64,000 nt of DNA, taken from positions 1,312,001 to 1,376,000 of the forward strand of contig CAXVYR010000004.1 of NCBI GenBank assembly GCA_963666975.2, in the 5' to 3' direction. The notes below the pieces were generated by a model. It was not told the origin of the DNA. It saw nothing but the letters and a program-made list of their open reading frames with translations, and searched no databases. Origin of the DNA: Terriglobia bacterium (GTDB lineage: Bacteria > Acidobacteriota > Terriglobia > 2-12-FULL-54-10). Shown in pieces: positions 8,346 through 16,514 of the stretch (the stretch's first letter is position 1; each line of letters starts with the position of its first letter). The position numbers and the translations under genes were made by a program.

Positions 8346-9350
8346 ATGAATGAAGCCATCAAAGTCGCTGTAGTCGGGGTCGGGCAGTTTGGCCGTCATC
8401 ATGCCCGTGTCTACAGGGACTTGCCGGAGGCGGAGTTGACGGGCGTCTTCGACATCGACGAGCAAAAAGCCGCCGCTGTAGCCGCAGAGTACAATTGCCG
8501 GAAGTTTTCCAGCTTGGAGGAGCTTTTCGGAAAGGCGGAGACGGCGAGCCTGGCCGTGCCGACCGAACTGCACTCCGAGATTGGCGTAAAGCTCTTAGAA
8601 GGCGGAATCGACCTGCTGGTGGAAAAGCCGCTGGCTCGCACCACGCCGGAAGCGGACGCGCTGATCGCCGCAGCCGAAAAACATCGCCGCATCCTGCAAG
8701 TGGGCCATCTGGAGCGCTTTAACCCGGCCGTTCAGGCGGTGCGCGAGATTCTCGGCTCGCCGCTGTTCTTTGAGGTCCACCGTCTGAGCATCTTCACCGA
8801 GCGGAGCCTCGACGTGGACGTGGTTTTGGACTTGATGATCCATGATTTGGACATCGTGCTCTCGCTGGTCGACTCGGAACCGGAGGAGATTCGGGCCGTG
8901 GGCCTTCCCGTGCTGAGCCCGAAGATTGATATTGCCAACGTACGGCTGTCCTTCCAAAATGGATGTGTGGCCAATTTCACCGCCAGCCGGGTGAGCCCGG
9001 AGAAGATTCGCAAATTGCGCTGGTTTCAGCCGCGCGAATATGTTTCACTCGATTACGCCCGTCAGGACGCGGCGGTCACAACGGTTGATATTTCCAGCGG
9101 CCGTCCCGTGCTCTCGCACCGCCGCCTGGAGCCGCCGCGTGCGGAGCCGCTCCAGTTGCAACTGGCCGACTTTCTCAGGAATGTGCGCCAGCGCACTGCT
9201 CCTGCCGTGGGGGGAAAAGAAGGGCGACGCGCGCTGCAGTTGGCGCATCAGATACTTCAGCAGATCGGCAGCCACTCCGACCGGCTGAGGACAGCGGGGC
9301 CGCAAGCCTCCTCCATTCCCACCCTGGCGGGGGGGAGCCCCGGCCGCTGA
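8346..9350 (+). CDS. Gfo/Idh/MocA oxidoreductase, GnnA-like
   Basis: VVGVGQFGRHHAR, LVEKPLA, VGHLERFNPA, VVLDLMIHDLD, TASRVS; lies in the lpxA cluster. Confidence 0.88.
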   Translation: MNEAIKVAVVGVGQFGRHHARVYRDLPEAELTGVFDIDEQKAAAVAAEYNCRKFSSLEELFGKAETASLAVPTELHSEIGVKLLEGGIDLLVEKPLARTTPEADALIAAAEKHRRILQVGHLERFNPAVQAVREILGSPLFFEVHRLSIFTERSLDVDVVLDLMIHDLDIVLSLVDSEPEEIRAVGLPVLSPKIDIANVRLSFQNGCVANFTASRVSPEKIRKLRWFQPREYVSLDYARQDAAVTTVDISSGRPVLSHRRLEPPRAEPLQLQLADFLRNVRQRTAPAVGGKEGRRALQLAHQILQQIGSHSDRLRTAGPQASSIPTLAGGSPGR

Positions 9351-9405
9351 TTTTTTTGCCTGCGGCGCATAGAGAGGACATCCTGCCAAGGGGCAGCCGG
9401 GAACC

Positions 9406-10404
9406 ATGACGGATTGGGAACCCCATCTGTTGCTGGAGCTGGAGCTGGAAAACGAGCGCACTTCATCGCGCCGCAGGGAGACCTTTCTTTTATCCGTTAT
9501 CGTCCATCTGGTGGTCGTTCTGGTCGTCATCACGATGCCGGATCTGTTCCGCAGGGCGTTCCCGGAGGTACTCGTTCCCGCGCCGAGGGAGCAGGACGTG
9601 ACGCTGCTCTATCAACCGCCGGACCTGCCGGAGGTGGAGATTCCTCCGGATACGCCGGTGCTTTCCGACAGCAACCGCAGGGCACAGCCGGGCGTGGAAG
9701 AGCCCCAGCCTCCATTGGAGTACCGGCCTCCGATCCCTCCGCCTTCTGTCCTGGAGCGCGATCTGGAAGAGAGAGCCATGGGAGAACTGCCGGAGATCGG
9801 TCTCCCGGAATTCTCAGAGGTTCCGGAAGAATCGCCACCAGAGGAGACGGACGAGGGCCAGCGGGCGGCGCTGGAGCCTGTGCTGCCTCCCGAAACAACC
9901 GCGCCTCCAACCGATGCCCAGCTGACGTTGTCCCAGATCGTTCCGCCAAGCCGGGGAACAGACGCCATCTTAAAAGGGATGGCGAAGGAGCGCGCCTCGG
10001 GTGGCGGAGGACAATCGTTCCAGGGCGGATTTCCCGGCACCGGCCCGCAGAATCCGAACCTCTACCTTCCCGGACCCCAAATCCTTTCCGACACGATGGG
10101 CGTCGATTTTCGTCCGTATCTGTTGCGGATGCTTGCGCTGGTGCGCCGCAACTGGTATGCCGTAATCCCGGAGATCGCGCGCCTCGGAAGGCAAGGGAGG
10201 GTGGTGCTGCAGTTCTCCATCCTGCGCGACGGCTCTGTGCCGGACCTGATTCTGGCGGAGGGTTCCGGCACCCGCTCGCTCGATGGGGCGGCCCTGGCCA
10301 GCATCCGCCTGTCGAACCCCTTTCCGGCCTTGCCGCAGGAGTTCCCCGGCGCCGACATCCGCATGCAGTTCACCTACCTGTATAACTTGCCGGTTGAATA
10401 TTGA
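9406..10404 (+). CDS. TonB-family energy transducer
   Basis: N-terminal TM helix (SVIVHLVVV), Pro/Glu-rich linker, TonB_C-like domain (QGRVVLQFSILRDG...GSGTRSLDGAAL...PFPALP). Confidence 0.85.
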   Translation: MTDWEPHLLLELELENERTSSRRRETFLLSVIVHLVVVLVVITMPDLFRRAFPEVLVPAPREQDVTLLYQPPDLPEVEIPPDTPVLSDSNRRAQPGVEEPQPPLEYRPPIPPPSVLERDLEERAMGELPEIGLPEFSEVPEESPPEETDEGQRAALEPVLPPETTAPPTDAQLTLSQIVPPSRGTDAILKGMAKERASGGGGQSFQGGFPGTGPQNPNLYLPGPQILSDTMGVDFRPYLLRMLALVRRNWYAVIPEIARLGRQGRVVLQFSILRDGSVPDLILAEGSGTRSLDGAALASIRLSNPFPALPQEFPGADIRMQFTYLYNLPVEY

Positions 10405-10512
10405 TCGCGCCCATGGAAGTTTCTCGCCACCAGCTTTTGGGTACTCTGCTGTTGTTGATCTTCCTGGTCTTGCTGGTGTGGTGGAAATACCTGCGGATGG
10501 CCCAATTCTAAG

Positions 10513-11460
10513 ATGAACAAGGACGCTTCTCTGCTGGCTATTGCAGGCCCTACCGCCAGCGGCAAATCCTCTCTGGCAATCCATCTGGCCAAACAGTTTC
10601 GGGGCGAGATCCTCAACTGCGATTCGCTCCAGATGTACCGCTACTTTGATCTCGGCTCCGCCAAGCTATCGGTGGCCGAGCGGGAGGGCGTTCCCCACCA
10701 TTTGCTCGATATCCTGAGCCCCGAGGAGGAGTTTACGGCGGGAGAGTTTGCGCGCAGGGCAAAGGAGATTCTCGCTGTTGTAACAAGTCAAGGCAAACTG
10801 CCCCTCATCGTGGGAGGGTCTGGATTTTACCTGCGGGCGCTGCTGGACGGGCTGTTCTCCGGACCTGCACGGAACCGGGAGCTGCGGGAACGGCTGCAAC
10901 TGCGGGCCGGGCAAAAAGACACGGGCTACCTGCACCGTCTGCTGCGGCGTCTGGATCCGCCCTCGGCGGAGAAGATTCATCCCCATGACACCCCCAAGCT
11001 GATCCGCGCGCTGGAGGTGTGCATCGAAACGCGGCGTTCCCTCTCTGAGTTGTTTCGGGAAGGGCGGGACTCCTTGCAGGGTTATCATGTCCTGAAGATC
11101 GGATTGAACCCTCCCCGAGCGGAGCTTTACGAAAAGATAAACCAGCGGACACGGGCGTTGTTTGAGAGCGGCTTGTTCGAGGAGGTGCGCGGCATCCTGG
11201 CCAAAGGTTTTCCCAAGACCGTCTCCCCCTTCCAATCCATCGGGTATCGCGAGGCGCTGGAATATCTGGAGGGAAAGACCGGCATGGAAGAAGCCCTCAG
11301 CGCAGCGCAAGCCAAGACGCGCCAGTATGCCAAACGGCAGATGACATGGTTTCGCAAGGAAGCCGGAGTGCGGTGGTTCTCAGGCTTCGGAACGGATCGC
11401 GCAATCCAAGCCGAGGTCAGCAACTATCTTTCTGGCGAATGGCCCGATTGGGCAGGCTAA
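10513..11460 (+). CDS. miaA: tRNA dimethylallyltransferase
   Basis: GPTASGKS, DSLQMY, PHHLLD, VGGSGFY, IRALEV, TRQYAKRQMTWF. Confidence 0.97.
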   Translation: MNKDASLLAIAGPTASGKSSLAIHLAKQFRGEILNCDSLQMYRYFDLGSAKLSVAEREGVPHHLLDILSPEEEFTAGEFARRAKEILAVVTSQGKLPLIVGGSGFYLRALLDGLFSGPARNRELRERLQLRAGQKDTGYLHRLLRRLDPPSAEKIHPHDTPKLIRALEVCIETRRSLSELFREGRDSLQGYHVLKIGLNPPRAELYEKINQRTRALFESGLFEEVRGILAKGFPKTVSPFQSIGYREALEYLEGKTGMEEALSAAQAKTRQYAKRQMTWFRKEAGVRWFSGFGTDRAIQAEVSNYLSGEWPDWAG

Positions 11461-11564
11461 CCGTATCCTGATCCTGAATCCGAAACTAAAAGATGGAGTG
11501 GGGCCGCCGGTCATAGTAAGATAAAGCGCCTTTGGCGGCGGGTTGGCGGGAAGGCGCCGAGGTG

Positions 11565-13638
11565 ATGTTGGACAAGCAATCGCCATCCGACCGCGTACTG
11601 AGCGGAGGATATACCGAAGAAGGACGTGCCGGAGAAAGATATACCGGAGAAGGATACGCCACACCTGAGTCGCGCCGGGTTCCGCCCCGTGGCGCCGGGA
11701 AGGTATTGCTGACGAGCATTTGCCGCCCGATCGGCCCTGCGCATGGTGATGCTCCCAGCGTAGGCTATGAGCTTTTGCACGGGCAGGTCACACGGGCCCA
11801 AGGCATCTTCAGTCCGCGCGCCACCCACCACACCTTCGCCCTGGACTACATTGCCGCCAACCTGGACGCGCCAGCCGTTGTCCTCCACTATCCGTCTCGG
11901 AAGGAGCTGATCCGGGAGCTGCGGAAGCAGCCGGAGATTGTCGGCGTGGCGTTCGTGCTGGCGACGTTTCACCGCATGAAGGAGATGGCCGGGCTGATCC
12001 GGAAGCACGCTCCGAACGCCCGCGTGGTTCTGGGCGGCTACGGCACTGTGCTGGACGATGAAACGCTCGCGCCTTACGCGGACCACATCTGCCGGGAAGA
12101 GGGTGTCGGTTTTTTTCGGGCACTCCTCGGCGAGCCGCCACGCGCCCTGCCTTACGACCACCCGCTCGTGGTGAGCACCCTGCGGGTCTTCTCGGTTCCC
12201 GCGGGCCGGACCGGCATGATCTTCGCGGGACTGGGCTGTCCTCACGGCTGCGACTTCTGCTGCACCTCCCACTTCTTCCAGCGCCGGCACATTCGTCTGC
12301 TCCCCACCGGCGACGACATCTTCCGGGTCATTGAGCGGTATCTTGAAATCGATCCGAAGATGCACTTCACAATCCTTGACGAAGATTTTCTCGTCGCCAG
12401 GGACCGGGCGGTCCGCCTGCGCGAACTGGTCCAAGCGCGGGGGACGCCGCTTTCGATCTTCGCTTTCGCCACGGTGAAGGCGCTGAGCCGCATCACTCCG
12501 AGGGAATTGCTGGAGACCGGCATCGACGGCGTCTGGATCGGCTTTGAGGGCAAGCGCTCCGGCTTCGCCAAGCAGCAGGGCCGGCCGCTGGAAGAGTTGA
12601 TCCCCGATTTGCGGTCCCACGGCATCAGCGTTCTGGCCTCGATGATCCTGGGATTCGATTACCAGACCTCCGACATCGTTCGCGAGGAACTTTCGCAACT
12701 TCTGGCGCTGAAGCCGGCGCTGGCGCAGTTCCTCATCTACGGCCCAACCCCGGGCACGCCTTTTTTCGAGCGCGTCATGAAACAGGGAAGCCTCCAGCCC
12801 GAACTGGCCGGGGATCCGGAACGCTACTATAAGGCGTGCGACGGATTCACGGCCATGGTTCGTCATCCGAGCCTGACTGCGACCGACATCGAGCGTTTGC
12901 AGCGCGAATGTTTTGATACCGACTTCCGAGTCCAGGGCCCCACCATTCTGCGGCTGGCCGAGGTCTGGCTGCAGGGGTGGAAGCGGTACCATGACGCCGA
13001 CTCCGCCTACCTGCGCGCCAAAGCAGCGCGCTGGGCCGAGGACATCTGGCATGCGTACCCGGTTTTTCAGGTGGCGAGGCGCTGGGGGCCAAACCCGGAA
13101 GCCGCGGCCCGTCTGCTGGCAGACATCAAAGCCACGCTCGGCCCGCCCAGCCTCGCCCGGCGCAGCCTTGCCTTGGCAGCGCCGCTGGCCGCCGCCTGGA
13201 CGCGCTTCACGATGCAATACGACCGCTTTCAAGCACCCCCGGCTCCAGCGCCGCGCCTACCGTTGTTCGCGCTGGGCTCTCCGGCCGGGCAAGATCGGCT
13301 CGCTGCGGGTGGAGATCGAACGCGCCCTGAAACCCACGCTGAAATCCATGGTGAAACCCACGGTGGTAAAGCTGGAGGGCGCCATGGACCGGGCCAGCGC
13401 GCGCCGCCTCGCTGCCGGGATACTCACCTACCTCCAGACGACCGACGCGCACGTCCACTTGGTCGTGGCCGAAGGAACCTACGCAACACGGCGGCACCTG
13501 CGGATCTTGGAGAAATGGCTTGCCCGCCAGCGCCATCGAGTTTCCGTGGCGATACCCTCCGCTCCGGCGATCTGGAATCAGATTGATCTCAATAAATCCT
13601 ATTCCGTTCTGAATTGTCTCGATGGGATCGAGGATTAA
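11565..13638 (+). pseudogene. B12-binding radical SAM protein with STAS-like C-terminus, split by a frameshift near 13230-13240
   Basis: GCPHGCDFC motif, VLGGYG, ILDEDF, WIGFE, PTPGTPF. After YDRF the frame turns low-complexity while another frame reads HPRLQRRAY...VVKLEGAMDRASARRLAAGI... to TAA 13638, 9 nt before the next ATG. Confidence 0.75.
11607..11660 (+). repeat. 15-bp imperfect tandem repeat, about 3.6 copies
   Basis: ggatataccgaagaa ggacgtgccggagaa agatataccggagaa ggatacgcc. Confidence 0.8.
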
Positions 13639-13647
13639 AATCGGATC

Positions 13648-14475
13648 ATGCGCGTCTCGGAATGGATTGCAATCGTTTATTTTCTCTGTGTAATCCTGCT
13701 GTTGTTTTTTTCCAGCCTCGCCTGGCGACGGCGGATTTTGGTTTTGCTCTCCAGCTCGGCGCTGATAGCCTTGCTCTTGCTGCTTCCTTACGGGGAGCGG
13801 CTCTCCTCGCCGCAGTTCCTGCCGGTGGCGCGCGACTGCTTGCCGCTGCTGATGATTCTGTCGGCGTATTACCAGGCGGGGCTGCTGATCTCCGCCCGCC
13901 GGGACCACGCCTGGGAGCAGAGGCTGCTGGCATGGGACAAGACCCTGCTTGAAAAAAGCTGGCTGCACCGGCTGCGCGCCTCTGCGCGCTGGCTGGAACA
14001 GTTCGGGGAAGGCGCCTACTTGTTATGCTATCTCGTGGTCCCGCTGGCCATCCCCATTTTATATCTGGCCCGGCAACAAGATTTGGTCGACCAGTTCTGG
14101 AGCGCGGTGCTGCCCGCCGTCCTGCTTTGTTACGGCGTGTCGCCTTTTTTCCCTTCTTTGCCTCCTCGCAGCAGCGCTCCCGGCCTGCACCTGCCGGGGA
14201 AGAGTTTGTTTCTCCGCAGGGTGAACCTTTGGGTCTTAAAATATGGCAGCATTCAGTCCACCATCTTTCCCAGCGCCCACGTGGCCGCCGCGACGGCGAC
14301 CGCCCTGGCGTTGTCGCGCGTCCTGCCGCTGGTGGGAGCGTTGTATTTGGTGATCGCAATAGGGATTGCCCTGGGCTCGGTATTCGGCCGTTATCACTAC
14401 GCGGCGGACAGCATCCTGGGCGTGCTGGCCGGCGTGGCAGGCTTTGCGCTGTCCGGCTGGCTTTTCCCGCCCTGA
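13648..14475 (+). CDS. PAP2-family membrane phosphatase/phosphotransferase
   Basis: Multiple TM helices; PSLPPR, FPSAHVA, VFGRYHYAAD motifs. Confidence 0.9.
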   Translation: MRVSEWIAIVYFLCVILLLFFSSLAWRRRILVLLSSSALIALLLLLPYGERLSSPQFLPVARDCLPLLMILSAYYQAGLLISARRDHAWEQRLLAWDKTLLEKSWLHRLRASARWLEQFGEGAYLLCYLVVPLAIPILYLARQQDLVDQFWSAVLPAVLLCYGVSPFFPSLPPRSSAPGLHLPGKSLFLRRVNLWVLKYGSIQSTIFPSAHVAAATATALALSRVLPLVGALYLVIAIGIALGSVFGRYHYAADSILGVLAGVAGFALSGWLFPP

Positions 14476-14608
14476 AACCTTGCGGTCTGGAACGGTTCCT
14501 GGCTAATCATCGCGCGAGAAAAACCGCAGAAGAAAAATCCGGAAGGAAAGTAATTGTACCGTCGCGGCTGCCCCAGCTCCCACCCCATAACTGCGCTAAA
14601 ATGTAAGT

Positions 14609-15247
14609 ATGCGCATGGTGCCGAGCTTGGCGATTCTTGTCCTATTGTTTCCTGCCACGTTACCGGCAGTCCTGCCGGAGCTGAAACCTCCCGATATTCG
14701 CCGGGCGCTGGCGATGGTGCGGGCGAGCGAAGACGACTCCTGGCTGGAAAACTACCGCCGCACATACCCTTTCCGCGCTCCGCAGTTTGTGGAGAAGATC
14801 GAACTCACAACCGACTTCACACGGACGCTGCTGCGGGCGCGCACGCAGCAGCAAGTGGGCAACTATTACACCGAATTTCAAGCCGAGCGAGACTACCGTG
14901 GAAAAAATCACAAGGTCGTCGAGGTCGTTGCGCTGATTTCGCTTTCACCGCAGGCCATCCCCGCCTCGATTGTCTCGCCTTTCAGCGGCTATTCTATTCT
15001 GATTGTTTACACGGACCCGCAAGGCCGTCCTGTGCGCCGCAGCTACTCCGGCAGGCAGATTCTGCGCAAGCTGCTTTGCGGGGGGTTGGAGTGCGCCCAG
15101 CCATCTCCCGAGCGCATTGACGGGGCCGAGTTGAAGGTGTTGCTTCCCCTGGGCTGGATCGATCCGGCGAGCGACTTGACGGTGATCGTTATTGCGTCGG
15201 ATGAGCGCAGCACCGCCGCCTTGTTTAACCTCTCCGAGTTGCCGTAA
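14609..15247 (+). CDS. Hypothetical exported protein
   Basis: Signal-peptide-like N-terminus; TAAAAT 6 nt upstream of ATG; fills the gap between neighbours. Confidence 0.7.
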   Translation: MRMVPSLAILVLLFPATLPAVLPELKPPDIRRALAMVRASEDDSWLENYRRTYPFRAPQFVEKIELTTDFTRTLLRARTQQQVGNYYTEFQAERDYRGKNHKVVEVVALISLSPQAIPASIVSPFSGYSILIVYTDPQGRPVRRSYSGRQILRKLLCGGLECAQPSPERIDGAELKVLLPLGWIDPASDLTVIVIASDERSTAALFNLSELP

Positions 15248-15433
15248 TCGCGCGGCCAGCGGAAGATAAAGTTGTGGCGTCCTGCTGTTTCCCACCCCAA
15301 GCGGGATACATTGACACATGCTGCACGGCCTCATAAAATGGTCAGTGAAGATGGCAACGGCTTTACTTCGTGTCTCTGGAGGTCTTTCCAAGATGTTCGT
15401 GGAGAATGGCTGGGTTGCTCGGGAAGGGGGAGT

Positions 15434-15862
15434 ATGGAACTCAATGACAATCTCAAACAACTGACTAAGAATTTGGGGACAGCGATCAATGAATCGCTCT
15501 CGAACTCCGAGCCCATCTCCGAGGCAATCGCCAGCATCAAGGACGCCGGCTATGATGTGTTCCTGGTTCTGGAGGCCACCATCGGTTTCAACAAGCGAGG
15601 CGAGGAAGCCCAGATCCAACTGCCGCAAGGCCCCGCAGGCGAACTCAATCTTACGCCCCAAGACGCCCGGTTTTTGAAGTCGCTGAAAATCAGCATCACT
15701 GGCCCGGAAGATCTGCCGGCGGAAGATCTCGCCGCAAGGGCAAACGCGGCCGCAAGGCCCCGCAGGCGAACTCCTTACGCCCCAAGACGCCCGGTTTTTG
15801 AAGTCGCTGAAAATCAGCATCACTGGCCCGGAAGATCTGCCGGCGAAATAAATTTATTCTGA
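15434..15862 (+). CDS. Conserved hypothetical protein with C-terminus extended by a tandem duplication
   Basis: MELNDNLKQLTKNLGTAINESLS...GYDVFLVLEATIGFN...QDARFLKSLKIS; RBS GGGGAG. Confidence 0.75.
   Translation: MELNDNLKQLTKNLGTAINESLSNSEPISEAIASIKDAGYDVFLVLEATIGFNKRGEEAQIQLPQGPAGELNLTPQDARFLKSLKISITGPEDLPAEDLAARANAAARPRRRTPYAPRRPVFEVAENQHHWPGRSAGEINLF
15622..15845 (+). repeat. About 100-bp direct repeat x2 (15622-15721, 15749-15845)
   Basis: Copies identical except for a 3-nt (AAT) deletion in copy 2; period 127. Confidence 0.95.
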
Positions 15863-16501
15863 TTATTGCCCCCTCGCTTTCCGTCGCGACTGGATCAAGG
15901 CGCGGCGCTGCTCCGCATCCAGCAACTTGATTACCTTGGAAAGGTGCTGGCCTTCCAGTTCCTCTAGTTTTGCCGGGTCTGCCTGTCCACCCTCTCCGCG
16001 TAGCTGACGCCGTTGCCGGTTGTATTCGCGGAATTCGGTTTGCAGCAGCTCTGCTTGCTCGCTGCTGAGAGGAGCCCCGACTTCTTCCAACATCAACCGT
16101 AGCGCCGGGTAACCGCCCCGCCGGCGTATCTGCTCGTTGCGGTAATTGTCCCAAACCTCAATCTGCTCCGCCGTAAGCACGCCCCGTATTTTTTCCTGCA
16201 TCTCGCCGCCAAAGCGGCCTCTGCCGCCGAAAGCTCCCCGGCGTTCCCCTCCGCGTTCCCGCCTGCGCTCTCCGCCGCCTTCTTGCCTTCGCTGGCGGAA
16301 CTGCTCCCGGAAGGCACGCCTCTGTTCTTCCATAATCGTCTGAAGCGTCTCCTGCTGCTCGTCGCTCAGGGGAACGCCAGCCTCCGCCAGCATGTTCTGA
16401 ACCTGCTCCAGCGGGTTTCGGCGGCGGAAGTCTTCTCCGCGCTGGGCCAGCAAGGGAAGGAAAATGAGCAAGGCCAGCGAAATCCATACAACACGTTTCA
16501 T
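15863..16501 (-). CDS. Exported helical protein, Spy/CpxP-like
   Basis: Signal peptide; two LS(D/S)EQ...LTAEQ/LDAEQ units with Arg/Gly-rich linkers. Confidence 0.65.
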   Translation of the reverse strand: MKRVVWISLALLIFLPLLAQRGEDFRRRNPLEQVQNMLAEAGVPLSDEQQETLQTIMEEQRRAFREQFRQRRQEGGGERRRERGGERRGAFGGRGRFGGEMQEKIRGVLTAEQIEVWDNYRNEQIRRRGGYPALRLMLEEVGAPLSSEQAELLQTEFREYNRQRRQLRGEGGQADPAKLEELEGQHLSKVIKLLDAEQRRALIQSRRKARGQ

Positions 16502-16514
16502 GTTTCTTCACTCC

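Noticed and set aside
13240-13586. C-terminal 115 aa of the 684-aa ORF as real protein
   Set aside because: Low-complexity Pro/Arg/Gly sequence; the alternative frame gives a coherent domain abutting the next gene.
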